Counted from the first letter of the whole stretch, positions 38,196-51,969 are shown. The stretch is DNA of 63,118 nt, filler included, from Rhabdomonas costata (GCA_019059605.1; 34 parts of 34 records of this genome joined end to end with filler, not necessarily neighbours in it); one strand, 5' to 3'. A program made the numbers and translations. Notes: generated by a model not told the origin, from the letters alone.

Positions 38196-38958
38196 CTACT
38201 TCTTCTTCTTTGCACCATCCACGGGGGCAGGGGCCGCGGGCTCGGCCGCTGCGGGCACCACGGTGACCTCCAGCCTGCGCTGGAAGGTCACGTCGTGCTC
38301 GAATAGCAGCTTGGCCTCGGTCCAGGCCTGGCCCAGGCCAAAGCCCAGCCCTGCGCACCCGGGCAGGGATCAATCAGAATGCGGGTGAGGCCGTCGGACC
38401 CGCGCATAACGTAAGCTACTTTATACCCCATACAACCGATTTACCACATACGAACGTTAAACCGTACAACGTTGTCATACCCGCAATATATCGCTCCTTA
38501 CCGCCGCTCTATTCTCTGCATGGGGTTGGTTCGGAATCATCTTTCTTTTGCGCGAGACCGGGGACGGCGCTGTTCACTGTTAGAACATCACCGGGAGCGT
38601 CAAATCCGTGCGGAGCCGTACGCATGCTGAATAGTTGATAATGGCAAAAAAAAAGCTGGATCTGGGATCACCTAAATCTCTTTCTCTTTCTCTATCTCTC
38701 TAAGCACAGCGAGGAAATTTGTGCTGCCAGTGCTCCACGCAGGCCAAGAATTGCTCCGTTGTGGCAGTGGTACATCCCTTTAGCTTTCTTATGATACCTG
38801 CTATCGCCTGGTCAGAGATGCGCAGCAGCAAAAGACAGGGGTTGTGACCTGCGCCGTACATCACTCGAACCAAGGTGGGGCGGCGAAAGAGCAGGATGTG
38901 GAAGCCCATCCCAGCGAGTAGCCCTAGTGTAGCCCGGCGGACCGCCGTCTCCAGCGCG
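38196..38958 (-). CDS. MIC10: MICOS subunit Mic10, 3' part (exons <38958-38849, 38350-38196)
   Basis: ALETAVRRATLGLLAGMGFHILLFRRPTLVRVMYGAG|LGFGLGQAWTEAKLLFEHDVTF...KKKK*. Two hydrophobic segments with Gly motifs (GxxxG, GxGxGxG) flank a basic FRR loop. This model is not in the ORF track. Confidence 0.8.
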
Positions 38959-41648
38959 NNNNNNNNNNNNNNNNNNNNNNNNNNNNNNNNNNNNNNNNNN
39001 NNTTAATTAATTAANNNNNNNNNNNNNNNNNNNNNNNNNNNNNNNNNNNNNNNNNNNNACCGATGTATTTTGCAGTGGATGAGTGGGATACAGAGGCATT
39101 TGGCCGTAATGCTTTCGCTTTTGTGGTGATTACAGATATATAAGCCAAACCAACTTGGAGCGCCATCGCTCACTTGCTGGCGAAAGAGCGTCTGGAGAAA
39201 TCTCGCCTGATGCTTGCGGCGCCATAGTGGCCAGATGCCTACGGTGCGAATCCAGAATTAGAATTGATTTCAAAAGACGTTAATGTCACATCCCACCTTG
39301 GATACGCTCTTTTCTTATGCGGTGGGAATAGAGCTAGAAGGAGTGTAGCGAGTGGGTTCCCACATAAATAGTTTATATTGGGTTTTCCACAAGTGCTTAA
39401 GTGGCCACATTGGCGTATCTGACAAACGTCGATTGCCAGAGTAAGAGTGGCGAAGTGAGAACCTGGCCGGAGTGGCAGGATCCGCGTGCGCCTGTTCTTC
39501 TGCGTGGGATGTTGGATTGTCTTGCCTCCAATCTGTTGGTGTACACGGACCCTGGCGTTGGAGGTCCTCCAGCCTCCATCAGACAGACTGTGAGGTCTAT
39601 GGCAGAGAGGCTAACCCAAGCACCGCTGGTACCGCGCCTTCTGGTGCGAGCTCCTTAGGCAGAGCGCGCGAATTAGCTGCTTGCCGAAGGAGATGCGAGC
39701 GGTGCTGCAGCCCATCCACGGGGCGGCGGCGAAGGCGGTACAGTGAGTGTCTAGAGACCCCGCCTTGATGCTGTGCATGTAAGCAGGATACGATGTGGGC
39801 GGGGGAAAATTGGTAACCCTGTTTTGTACAGTTCTTGTGTGTGGACAGTGGAAAGAAACCAGCTGTTCATGACACACTTTGCTGCTGTTGTCATGTGCAG
39901 GTTTCTTGTGACTTACAACGTCCCATTTTGCTCCTTGTTTTCGCTTGCGCGCGCGTTTGAGTGGAAACTCGAGAGCAACCACCACTCCAAAAAGGTTGGG
40001 GAGGGGAAGCAATGCTGCGCTCTTACGGGCATGATTTGAAGGCTGATTTGAAGCGAGCAAATGCCCTGGTGCTGACTGAGGAAGCTGGGTTAATTGCGCT
40101 GAAACTGTGGGAAACGGGTCAAAATATTCCGAATAACGCTGACGGGGGCGACACTTACAAGCTCAGATGTACACATACCCCGGGCAGTCTCTCGAGGACG
40201 AACTGTGTGGCCACCCTAGGGAGGCTGAGCCGGGACTGCGGCGCACCCGGGGCTTCGACCTGCGGCAGAGCTTGTGCTGCTCCGAAGGCTGAGGGGTTGA
40301 AGTGCGAGAAAAGGAAGCAAATGAGAGACCCAACGAACATCAGCAATGGTGATTTTCCCATACATGGGAAGGTGGGATTGGAGCGAATGAGCGGTAGAGT
40401 GACGCAGCAGTGACAAGCAACATCACAGAAAGTGGTTGGGGATTTTGCTGTAAACTGAACAAAAGGTGGACAAGCACCCTACATAGATGACAGAGTAGTA
40501 GAGTTTTTCAACTGCCGCTAATGCCACGTGCACTCCGACTCCGGGAACATCCATTTCGCAGCAGTCGGCATTTGTTTTTGCCGAGCGATAAAAAACAAGG
40601 GCGCCAACACCGCAATGAGCCGCACACCAGTGGAAGACTGGGTGCGTCCCGCCGGTTTCATTGCTCCCGTAGAGGGCTGCCCTGGGGTCGGTCGGGACCG
40701 GCTTCCCACAACGAGACGGGCCACTGCCGCAAACTGAGCAGGTGTCATCTCCTCAATGTCGCGGATGCCCGTCTGCCGCATCGCATCGCAAACTACCTGG
40801 AGCACCTGTCGAGGCGNNNNNNNNNNNNNNNNNNNNNNNNNNNNNNNNNNNNNNNNNNNNTTAATTAATTAANNNNNNNNNNNNNNNNNNNNNNNNNNNN
40901 NNNNNNNNNNNNNNNNTTGATTGTTTTCTGAATGAGACGTGTGCCGGAACATGTGCTTTGCACTTATCCGTGCAGAACCTGTTGAGGCAGGGGAAGTGGG
41001 GGTGCGGCTACAGGCTGCGGGTGACAGAAGAAAAATGTAAGAGAGGTGAATCCGAGCGAACCTTTTAGGACACGGCGCAGAGTTTTGCAAAACGATGGGT
41101 CCTTGGACCCCCAACCCACGACCGAGTCACTTGAGAATCCAGAGGCAACTCATCGCTCAAGTGTGACTCGGGACACTCGGGACATTATTATGGCAAGCAA
41201 GTGTTCTGTTTTTGTTGTCCAAGTGGCCTGCATGGCTTTGCGTGTGTGTCTGTGGGTGTGCACAGGATGTTCCATTTAAATAGATAAATGTGCAATTTGA
41301 GTGCCTGAAACGATGCTCTTGGTTGTTGTTGGTCGAATGCGTGCGCATCCTGCCATTTGTTTGACGTTTTCGGTGCTTTCTGCGTCGGTTTTGTTCGCTT
41401 TGTGAGATTGCCTCTGCTGCCTCCCTTTATTGTTTCTGTGGATTTGAGGTTTCCCAAAACCCTGCCTAGCAGCAGAGGGGTAAACCCCCGAGGGAAGCGG
41501 ACAGGGAGCAGGGAGCGGGAGAGTATTCGAAGTCCCGCAGGAATCAGAAAAACCAACTTGGGATGCCTTCTTATTATCAGTTGCCTGTGTCTGTGCTTTT
41601 CCCGGTTTGCACGCCATGGCATGAGTGTGCGGGGGTTCGTGGCGGTAG

Positions 41649-42313
41649 GCGCGGCTGATGCAGCAGCTGGACTGCCCGCACTGCGTGAAGGTGTACGACG
41701 TGTTTGATTCGCCCGAGGAGCTCTGCCTTGTGATGGAGCTCGTGCGAGGCGGTGACCTCTTTGACCTGATCGTCTCCCAGCCCACGAAGCGCTTCTCAGA
41801 GCCAGAGGTGTTCCCCTGGCTCGTTATTTTCTTGCTTCACGATTTCCTTGTGTTCGGAGTACCGACGTTTTCATCCGTGAATGGGAATAATGCTAAGAAT
41901 GTTGGCTCCATTCCCTGATCTAGTTAGAGCTGAGAGAATTGCTTCCGCCTCCCTGCAACACAGCATAGCACACAAATGTGCGCAGTGCCGCGGGCTGTTC
42001 TGGCAAATTGTGATGGGGCTGCACTACCTCCATAGCCAGGGGGTGGCCCACCGTGACCTCAAGCCTGAGAACATCCTCGTCGAAAAAATCAGTCCTCCCT
42101 CCGGTGTACTTGCACACACACGCACAGTGTTTTTGCATTCCATAACAGCGCAGTATCATGAAGAGGGGGGCGGGGCGTCGCGGAATAGGATGTACACCAC
42201 CGTGCGTGCGCAACTTGCGTTTCTTTGCTTTTCTGTTTTCGTTGCGTACCGTTGAGGGGTATGCAGAGCTGGGAGCTGGGAGCTCGCAGGACGGGTCCCC
42301 CCCCCCCCCGTTG
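41649..42313 (+). CDS. CAMK-group Ser/Thr protein kinase (exons 41649-41807, 41986-42103, probably 42267-42313)
   Basis: PHCVKVYDVF...LCLVMELVRGGDLFDLIV...RFSEPE|CRGLFWQIVMGLHYLHSQGVAHRDLKPENILV covers kinase subdomains IV-VIb. Confidence 0.93.
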
Positions 42314-43278
42314 GTAATCTTAGCAGTTGCATCAACTGCACTCCCTACTCCTGGTACCCTTATCCTTGGTCCGGGAGTGCCGGGGCTTCTCTCATTTAAG
42401 CCAGAACCACAGAATTCTTCTTTTATCAACTGTGTTGTGCTTCCCAAATAGAAAACCTACCCGTGTGAGGACCAAACCCCACACATACGTGAGGTGGCCA
42501 TTCCCGCTGGGTGCAAAAGTCGGAATTTTTCTCGCGCCTGCGGTGCGTAGCAGCACAAAACAAGACCTTTTCTTGATATGGGTGTGAACCAAGATGGCAG
42601 GGGAGTGCTGCAGACGATTCTGCTATGTTTAGGGCACTTTTTTTTACGGGGGTTGATATGGCAGCTGGCACAAANNNNNNNNNNNNNNNNNNNNNNNNNN
42701 NNNNNNNNNNNNNNNNNNTTAATTAATTAANNNNNNNNNNNNNNNNNNNNNNNNNNNNNNNNNNNNNNNNNNNNGGTTTGGGGAAGATGATGCAGAAGAA
42801 GCCGATAAGGAAGAGGGAATGGGAGAGGGCGGGAGTGGTGCGGGACAACGGCAGATGTGAGTTGGGAAGAGAGTAGATCACGATCTCCCCGTTCAACCGT
42901 TCGCTGCCCATGGCTTCCACACTTACCTGGTGCTCTGGGAGATTACATTTTTGATATGGTGACCAGAACTTTTCCAGATTTTTTCCATTTTAAATCTTAA
43001 AGGGAAGACCGTCTTGATCAGATTATTTCAGAAAAACAATTGTTTCGATGGCCGTGTTATGGTCCGTTTCTGCCTTTAGACCTTTTGCTGTTTTTTCTTT
43101 TCAGAAAGCAAGCGACTTTCGGACAGGTGGCGGTGGCGTTTCTGATTTTTGTCCATGCGGTTGGGCCTTTGGGTCTGACGTACACCAACAGACACGCAAG
43201 ACGTATGAACGAAATTTTTTGGGATGTTGTCTTTTTTTGTGCGGGATAGCTAACCGTGGGATTTTTTCTCTTGAACAG

Positions 43279-43769
43279 AACACGTGATGATGCTCGTTGA
43301 AGAGCGTGTGGGCAGGGAAAACTTCGAAAAGCTCTCCGATCATGAGAAGGTAGTTTGAGCTCTCATACCTTCACGCTTCTCTCTCACCTTTTAGTTGTGT
43401 TGGGCTAGATAGTTTGGAGGGGCTCGACTAGATAGTTTGAAACATGTGTTGTAACCCCCAATTTTTGGGGTCGAAACACAAGTTTTGAACGATCTTCTGT
43501 CAACCTGTCAATTTATTGGCCCTTCGAAGAGGTCCCCGATGTCAAAAGGGGTCAAAAAGAGGTCAAAAGAAATCAACCTCGTCCGTTTGATATTGGCGGT
43601 GCTCAAAAACCGTTTGCCTGTTTTCCCGCGTGTGTTTCAAGAGCAACAGCGGCACATTAATTTAACACTTCAACGCTTCCCACCTGTCTATGCACAGGGC
43701 AAGCTTAAGCACGAGTTTACCCAGGAGTACATCATTGCAAGGAACACCTCCGGGATTCACCTTCCTTGA
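43279..43769 (+). CDS. Last two exons of an unidentified protein (~43279-43349, 43698-43769)
   Basis: cag|..HVMMLVEERVGRENFEKLSDHEK|gt...cag|GKLKHEFTQEYIIARNTSGIHLP*. The join is in-frame GT-AG; the family was not recognised. Confidence 0.4.
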
Positions 43770-45041
43770 GGAAGCTGATTTCAGAACGGTCATCCCAGGC
43801 CTTGCCTCGGCCCTTTTGCGATTTGTATATATTCTGCTGCAGTGCTGGTACATATTCCTGTGATACTTGGTTGCCTTGCAGGGGACATTCCATCTTTGGG
43901 TTGGCGCATTTGGACCGTTGCAATGCCTTTGTTCTTCACACTGAGCGTTTGGGGGTGGAATATACGCGAGTCTATTTTGCCGTCCTGTCCGTCTATTCGG
44001 TCCCCGTCACACATTTGTGATGGTTCCAGCCACAACATTTGCGGACGTTATCTGTTGTCCCGTGGTTCTGCGTTGAGCATAAGAAACCTTGAAACATCTC
44101 TTGCCCCTTCTTCGGAACAGGTCGAAGCTTTGGGCTTTCATACCGGCCCCTCGGACACGGAGGGCCCACCATGCAAGTCCAGGCTTCGCCCCCCCCCCTC
44201 CGCATAACTCCTGGTACTGCGCACCGCTACACCCAAGAAGGGAAAGCTATGTGCCGATAATAGGTCACGGACATATACAAATATGGCCAGCACAGGCCAA
44301 TGCAAAGGGGTCCTTCCTAGCCTAGCAGTCACAGTTCAGCACCCGTGGTTTAGCTGGACTTCTCTTGCTGTGGCTTCTGCTGGCTGCTCGTTTAAAAGGC
44401 CTTTGCTTTCGAGGGTTCCGCTTGGAGGTGGGGTCCTGGAGGTCTTGCCTCACCGTACCCAACCGTCCGTTTACGCCTTTCCCACCCAAAAACAAGGCAA
44501 GCAAGAAGGGAACGACACCAAACCACAGCACAGNNNNNNNNNNNNNNNNNNNNNNNNNNNNNNNNNNNNNNNNNNNNTTAATTAATTAANNNNNNNNNNN
44601 NNNNNNNNNNNNNNNNNNNNNNNNNNNNNNNNNGTGTGGTGTGTTTGGGGTGTGGGGGGGGCATAAATGCACTAGCGCCATGTGACACGGCAGCCCACAC
44701 TCATTTGTGGACACTAAGGAGATTTTTTCCCTATCTCAAACCCCTGTAAGTCCCTGTAAGTCCAAATGGTCGCATTTTGGCCACTTCGCACAACTTTTTT
44801 GGTTTCTTTTGTTTTTTCATGTCCGCAATTTGTCTTGTTTTTTTGTCCGCTTTCGTTTTGTGTTCCCCGCACAAATGGCCTGCCCACCTAAGTCCACATC
44901 CACTCGGGCATGACGAAAAAAAGGTTCAGGACGTTCTGAATCAGGAATGATTTTTAAGAGAACATTTGAAGCGCCGTATGCCAGCGAAGCATGCGTTTCC
45001 GTCGGATGCTGGAAAAGTCTGAGCCTCGATTGTGCCAGTGA

Positions 45042-45981
45042 ATGGTCCATCAGCTGCAGCATCGCCTGCATGTTCTGTGTGGAAGAATGGATCTCACAGT
45101 AGAGCATCCCGAGCCAACTCAGGGGTTGATACAGCTGCAAAAGCAGCGCATCAATAAGCTACTTGATGGTCTCGAAATTGCTCACCCAGGGCACTGTCCG
45201 CCGCGTTGTAGCTATGCGGATTTTTAAACGCCAGGTGGTCACCCAGTGCGTCTAACCGACGTACGCGACCACTGCGGTCGCGGCCACAGCGACAAACTTG
45301 GTTCCCGCCTGGGCACTCAGGATGCCACACACCAATGTGATTTCAAAGGCAGTGGGGATGGCCATGAAAAGGAGCATGTATGCCAACGACCAAAAAGCAC
45401 GGCTCCCGCGGTCGATGTCCTTCGCCATAACCCCCGTCTGCCGGCTCAAGTGGAATTGAAGGTCCAGTCAGTGGATCTTCTCAAACAGACCCATCAGCAC
45501 CTGAGTCGCGGCATGGGCCAGGAGCAAAGGCGGCACCCTTGAGCTTGTCGGTGAGGGATGTGGTAAGTCGAGTAATCCCGTACGCTGCGACGAGGCCAAA
45601 GACACCGAGTGGAACAGCACCCACGACAGCCCCTGCAGCAGCAGCGGAACTGGGGGCCAGGGTATCCACAATGGTCTTGAACCAGAACGGCACCGCCACT
45701 CTGGTGGCCTTCGCGATCACCATGCAGGTTACACTGCACACCACTAGAAGCTTCAGCTTGGGATGCCCCGGTGGCCACAGCTGACGTCCAACGGTCTGCA
45801 CTACGCGGTGCATGGGGATGTCACCCCGGAGGGCTTTCGGCGTACGAGACGAGCCGCGACCACCAAAGCCACGTACGCATTTCGAAGACGGGAAGCATCG
45901 CATCCTTATCAGTGACGGCGATACTCCGAAGGCGGCCCCATGCGCAGCCGAAAACCCGACATGCAGCAACTGCTGACGCAT
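45042..45981 (-). pseudogene. ABCB7/ATM1 mitochondrial ABC transporter pseudogene (intronless; TMD only, with internal deletions)
   Basis: LWP...LKLLVV...AK...VAVPFWFKTIVD...AYGITRL; LDLQFHLSRQTG...IDRGSRAF; IPTAFEI; NFETIK; QLYQPLSWLGMLY. Frameshift near 45520 and in-frame stops at 45468-45470 (TGA), 45252-45254 (TAG) and 45159-45161 (TAG). Confidence 0.9.
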
Positions 45982-48726
45982 TCGGATTCAGTGTATTCAG
46001 TGTATTTAGCGTAAAATAGCCTAATACCGAATAAAACTATAATGAGAATTGCTCTGCAGAAGATAAACGCGAAGCTGAGAATTCAACGCAATCCTATCGT
46101 ACACCACACTTGATTACCTTGCTGCAGTCGTTCGGTGTCAGCGCATCGTGTTGAATGCACGGAAAGCAAGCGGTGCATACCGAAACCCTTCTGAATGAAA
46201 AAAGATGAATGAAACAAACAGAAGGTGCTCGCGAAGCTACGAAATATTCAAAGAAATTTTGGCGCGCAAACTGCCAAAATTTACTTGACCGAAATGAAAT
46301 GAAAATGAAAAATGAAGCGATCACAAAATTCACACAAGTTCGGTTTTGCGGCCTGCAGACTATATAGCCGTGAATGACATGGTCGCAAACCCNNNNNNNN
46401 NNNNNNNNNNNNNNNNNNNNNNNNNNNNNNNNNNNNTTAATTAATTAANNNNNNNNNNNNNNNNNNNNNNNNNNNNNNNNNNNNNNNNNNNNTGTTGGTC
46501 CACGGGCGGTGGCTCTGAAGTCACAGCATCACAATGGCGTGGCTTGGGGGTGCCTGGGGCACTGCCTGACTTTCGGGTTCGGCAAAAAGCGGGCACAAAG
46601 GCCTGCAGCTCGGGCTGTGCCGCAGTGATGAAGGGCGAAGGCGCGTTCGGTGGCAGTGGCCGACGTGCAACGGGCGGGTGCGGGACTGCCGACCCTTGGC
46701 GCACGGCGGCTGCTATCGTGACAACGGCGGCGGTGTTGGGCAGTAGTAGCTGGCAGGGCTGTGCCGCTATGGCAGCAAGCACCGTTGTTTGGCCAGACGC
46801 AGGAGTTCCCATGTTGGGCTCGGATGCCTTTCCAAGAGGCGCGCTCCTGAAACACACACGAATTGAAGGTAAATAAGAGAGAACGCGACGACGCGGGCCA
46901 TCTCCATAAAAATAGTGCTGGCGTGGGAAGGAGCTCCAGCGAAAAGTGTAAACACGGCCTTGCTTGGAGACTTGGAGAGGGACTGGGTAAAATAGTGTTA
47001 AATCAATGTCCCTACAGGAAGCATTCATGAGCACACCGACGGTGCTTCCCTCAGCTTCTCTGGTTATACCTGGGAAGCTCGCCTCGTCCGGTGTGTGGGG
47101 GCAGTGGGGCAGGCGGGCGCGGGCCCCGCGCTCCAGCAGGAAACGCGGTGCTGAGCCGAACAGGGGCAGCCACCATCCCTGCAAAGCGGGAAGGTATTCC
47201 AGAAGAACAAGAAGGGGTTTGGGAAAACCTCCATGGAAACGCGAAGCGCGCCGTGCCGCAACATAATTGTACAGAAAGTCTCTGCAAAACCTACGTCACA
47301 CCTTCGGAATGCCAACAGGGAGGACATGGGATTCACCATCATCTCAGCGAGAGATTCCTAACCCCCCCCCCCTCCCACGCACCGACAGCTTGGACAAAGG
47401 GGCGACACAATCGCTTTGAGAGGTCTTCCCAAAAGGCTACGGAAGTAGATGGGGGGGGGGAGGATTCGGGCGAGACGCTACACATGAACAACCGCTGTGC
47501 GCGAGTACTGGGGTGTGTCGCTGCGGAGCGAACTCATACCATCGAAGGAGTACGGTGAGTGCACAAATCGGACTGGCATTCTTTGAGGAGAAAGAGGTAG
47601 GAAAAGCGTTCAGGTGAGGTGAAAGCAATGGTCTGGCGCGGATTAGAAAATGCCTGTCATCGTTTTCTCGCCCTCCACCCTCAGTCCAAATTCCCCAAAA
47701 AGGCCGCGGCGAATGCTGACCTGTTCACCTGAGTGGTTCAGGTGCAAAATGGCTGCGGCCAATGATGGAAATGGATGGCAGGATTCATTACGCTGCACGC
47801 TACATCGTAGACTGAGACTTATGTCAGAGCAAACAGGGGTGCTGGGACGTTCCTTGGGGGAAACTTTTAGTGTGGTTTGAGTGAGAAGGGAAAGGACAGT
47901 GGTACAGATATGTAACCCATCATGACGTGTTTCGCCCTTCATGCTCAACAACCTTCAATGTTCCAACCCAAGAGAACTTGCCCTGAAATTTCCCAGCTAT
48001 TCCTGACTTCTACGATCATAGTTAATGCCCTGCTTCACAATTGCGACGAAAAACAAGCTCATCAGGACAAATGCATGGCAACAGAGACGAGTCTCTTCGG
48101 AAACACAGCTACACGACCAGAAAGTCAGAGGTCCACCTGAGAGAGAAAGAGTGAGGCAAAGGGGTGGGCGAGCAGAAAGAAATGGAGCGGTGCCCAGTGA
48201 CCCCATGGCCACAACCAAAACAAAAGGAAAAAGGAAAGGAGGTCACAGGATNNNNNNNNNNNNNNNNNNNNNNNNNNNNNNNNNNNNNNNNNNNNTTAAT
48301 TAATTAANNNNNNNNNNNNNNNNNNNNNNNNNNNNNNNNNNNNNNNNNNNNGTGGTTGGGGTGGAAGGTCTTTTCTTGCCTGTATTCTGGAGTGTTGCAT
48401 CCCCACTTCACCTGAGGCATTCGGAGGGCATGCTAATTTCACTTCAAGGGCAAGGAGGCCCAGACCTCAGCAAGGCTTCCGCTACTACATTCATGGTGCA
48501 AGGGAAGTGAGAAAGGGAAAAGGGAGAGGTGTGAATATGTGTGTGGGTGTACTGTGTTTGGACAAATGCACATTCGATTGTTCGCAGGGTTTCTCTCTCT
48601 CTCTCTCTTTTTACGTTTCACGTTTTTGGGGCTTGATTTGTGAGCTGTGTTTTGACGCTTTCATTACGAACAACGAATTTTTAAAATAAGTGTTTGCCTG
48701 TGTAGTGTGGGGGGGGTGCGCCGAAC

Positions 48727-49646
48727 CAGGGTTCATTGTGATGAACACCCCGACCTTGCTGTCCAGAGCGATGTCCTTGTCCCCCATGAACAGGAACTTC
48801 TTCTGGTTCAACCGCAGCGCCTGCTGGATCGTCCGCAGCTGCTCTGCCACCACGCTGAGCACGGGCAGCTCAATCCGGTTGAATTCGTCAAAGCACCCTG
48901 CAGAGCCCGCGCAGAACGGTGGCCGAATAAACCTAATCGCCCGATATGGGGCAGACTGGAAAACGACGAGGGGCTGACCAAACGTGCGAGGCCTTTACCG
49001 CGAGAAGTATGTCGAATACGACTGCCCCATCGACGAACCACGGGCCAAACACACGTTTTGCATTGCGTTTTGGTGCTCTCTCTCTCTCTCTCTCGTTTCT
49101 GCAGCCACAACTGTCAGCATGCAGCATGATTCGGTGGCTGTTCGTGTTGAACGAGTCCGTGGGTGGGTGGATGTGAGGGGGGTCAAGACCGGATGCAATC
49201 TGGGTAACGCCTAAGACGACCCCCCCCTCTTCCATTACAGGTGTTGCAACCCAACTGTCACTCGGGCTGCTTCAAGGTGTGTGTGGTTTGCGGGTGAGTT
49301 TGAACATCACCAGTAAATCGCCAGTGCAGTCGATGAAGGATGTAGTCGTGGTCGTGAGTGCCCGCATCTGTGGGAATGTGTGTGTGCGTGTGCATCCGAG
49401 TGTGCGGGAGACACACCCCATGCACCGCACTGGCACAGCCCGGAGAAGATTGAGGCCATCGCCTTGTAGTCCAGCCCCTCGCCGCAGTTAAACACCACGC
49501 AGAAGATCGCCAAAGACTTCGCCAGATCCTTCACGGACTCCGTCTTGCCCGTCCCTGCGGGCCCAGCGGGGCTTCCCCCCAGCTTGAAGGTCAGAGCCTG
49601 GGTCAGCGTCATGAAGCAGCGGTCCGTCAGCGGGGTGATCACCAGC
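48727..49646 (-). CDS. Axonemal dynein heavy chain AAA1 region, DNAH10/I1-alpha-like (exons 49646-49417, 48897-48727)
   Basis: [10 protein letters not shown]...[16 protein letters not shown]...[34 protein letters not shown]...VFITMNPG includes the P1 loop. The subfamily call is inferred from NCGEG.DY and QCGAWG. Confidence 0.95.
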
Positions 49647-50210
49647 CTGTGCCAACGAGATGGAGGCAAGGGCGGGTAGGCGGGTGTCCAAAGACCAAAA
49701 TACAAAGGAAAGAGAGCCGAGAGGGCGAAGTGCTCAATGTACTTGGTATTGTCTGTTCTTGCGCCTTGAATGATTGCCCGCACGAGACAAAACCTCATAA
49801 GGCCAGAAAGCTAGAAGCCTGTTGTTCGCTTTCAAGTCCATCACAAGGAAGCCAGTGGGAATTGCCGAACCCATGAGCAGCCCTCTGCAAGTTTTTGACT
49901 GCGAACCTGAACGACCCCAATGTTTCCGCACTGTCCTTCTCTCTTCTTCAACAAGTTCCTCCTCATGTTCAACCAAAGAAGGCATGCGTGTGGTTCCAAA
50001 GGGCTACGTGCCAGTGTATGCAGCTTTGGCTAAACCTCTCTCGGTTCGCCTTTTTGAAGAGGTTGATTTGTGTATTGATAACAATGCTGTCGGACTCTCA
50101 CAAACAACACNNNNNNNNNNNNNNNNNNNNNNNNNNNNNNNNNNNNNNNNNNNNTTAATTAATTAANNNNNNNNNNNNNNNNNNNNNNNNNNNNNNNNNN
50201 NNNNNNNNNN

Positions 50211-51969
50211 AAAAAGGCAGTTGAAAAGCTTGCAAAATTTGGGACTTATTGAGCCAGCTACATCTCCGTATGGAGCTGGAGTGTTTTTTTGTGCCAACAG
50301 CGAATGGTAAGTTGATGTTGTGTGTAGATTTCCGTTTGTTAAAGCTATAAACGTTGCAGACTAGTATATTCTTCAAAGAATTGACGAGACTATTGATCAT
50401 GCTGTTAAATTGAAGTGGTTTTGAACTTTGCGAAGTTAAATTTGCATCCGTGGTTCATCATATCAGGACTCACCACTATCATGTAGAGATGGCTGCTTTA
50501 AAGACAAAGTATGGGTTGTTTCAGTTTCCTGTAATTCCGTTAGGGATGTGCAATTCAACAGCGACGTCTTATAAGACAATGGAAGTTATTTCGTAATATT
50601 TGATGAGAACAACAGGAGAGTAGGTTTACGACATTGTTGTGCACAAGGACACACTGGAAGACAATTTAGAAGCGTTACGGATGTTGTACAAGAGATTTTA
50701 CAGGTAAGCGTTGTTTGCCAATCCTGAGAAGTGCCTTTTCGAGCAGCCGGAAGTGGAGTATTGCAGCTTCATTTTTTGAGGAATGGCATCAGACCGCAGC
50801 CGAGAAAGTTGATGGTTGTGTACAAGTGGCCGGCGTTGAAAATCCAAGTGGATGTGAAGAGCTTTCTATGGATTTGTGGGTTTTACCAGAAGTCTGTTCC
50901 AGATTAATCCACAGTAGCATCGCCATTAACTGACCTGATGAAGAGAGAGGAGGAATGGAACTGGGAAGAGCTGCATGGGAAAGCGTTTCAGACGCTTAAG
51001 CTGAGGTTTTTGAAGCACCACGTGCTAAACGTTCCTGATTTCAAAACGCCGATGGTGTTGCACACAGATGCAGATGCGTCTTTGGAGACCACGTGCAGAT
51101 GCATCTTGTGGAATGTAGTTTGAGTAAGTTGTCAGGTGCGGAGAAGAATTAACCAGTTTACTAGAAAGAGATGTTGGCACTAGTGGACACCCTCGAAGAG
51201 TGGAAACATTGTATGTTTGGAGCTGAAGTGAGAGTGTTTACTAACAATTCAGCGTTGATTTATTTGCAGAAGAATCACAGACCAGACAGAGTGGTTTGTT
51301 GTGTTGCAGCGTTACGAGTTGAAGATTTTGCATGTTCCAGTTATGTCAAACATGGCAGCGGACTTGTTGTTGCTTCATACTGTAGAAATGCCAGGTTTGA
51401 AGGCCATCACTGTTAGCGGTAATATAGAGAGTTTGTTGGAGTTTGTTGCAGTTTGCAAGAGTGTTCTTTGATGTGCAGCTGTGTGCTCAAATGCATGGCA
51501 TTGTGGACTGTCCAGTAACGCAGCCATGTTGAAGAGGAATTTCATGTTCATGAACATGAAGATGAGGGTGAAGGCTTACGTTCGTTCCTGTGACATTTGT
51601 AAGCGTTGCAAGGCAGATCATCATTTGCCAATATGGCACACGCGAGTGTTGGAAGTTCCAGTGAGGAAGTGGGATGCCAAATACGGTGTGGCATCCCACG
51701 GTGTGGCAGTTTATAAGAAGTAAAGATCTTGATCTTGACGGTCACGGATTGAGCTAAAAATGGTTGTAATGATCCAGTGTCAGAACACCGACACAGCAGA
51801 GGCCATTGAAAGTTTGTTTTGGTGGAGATGGTCTGTTATCAAGAGTTACTGGGAAGATTTGTAAGCATCCAAGACGTGATCATTATGTAGATATTTTGGA
51901 AATATAATCTAATGAGCTTTTTAGATGTGAAATTGAGAAAATTGTCGCCGCACTACTACCAAACAAAAA
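50211..51969 (+). mobile_element. Decayed Ty3/Gypsy LTR-retrotransposon pol (RT-RNase H-integrase order)
   Basis: Frameshifted, stop-riddled motifs: LIEPATSPYGAGVFFVP..NGKLMLCVDFR; YGLFQFPVIPLGMCNS; NPEKCLF..PEVEY; VLHTDA; EMLALVDTLEEWKHCMFG...VFTN; integrase Zn-binding HCG...YVRSCDICKRCK. Confidence 0.92.

Noticed and set aside
42921..42930. ACTTACCTGG resembling the U1 snRNA 5' end
   Set aside because: No U1 stem-loop I or II loop motifs follow. It is equally the reverse complement of a CAG|GTAAGT donor or a chance match.
45159..45470. In-frame TGA/TAG in ATM1 as evidence of stop-codon reassignment
   Set aside because: The two TAGs fall at apparently different residue types (probably Trp and Tyr) and accompany frameshifts and deletions. 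No other exon here has internal stops, and TGA/TAG terminate other genes normally.
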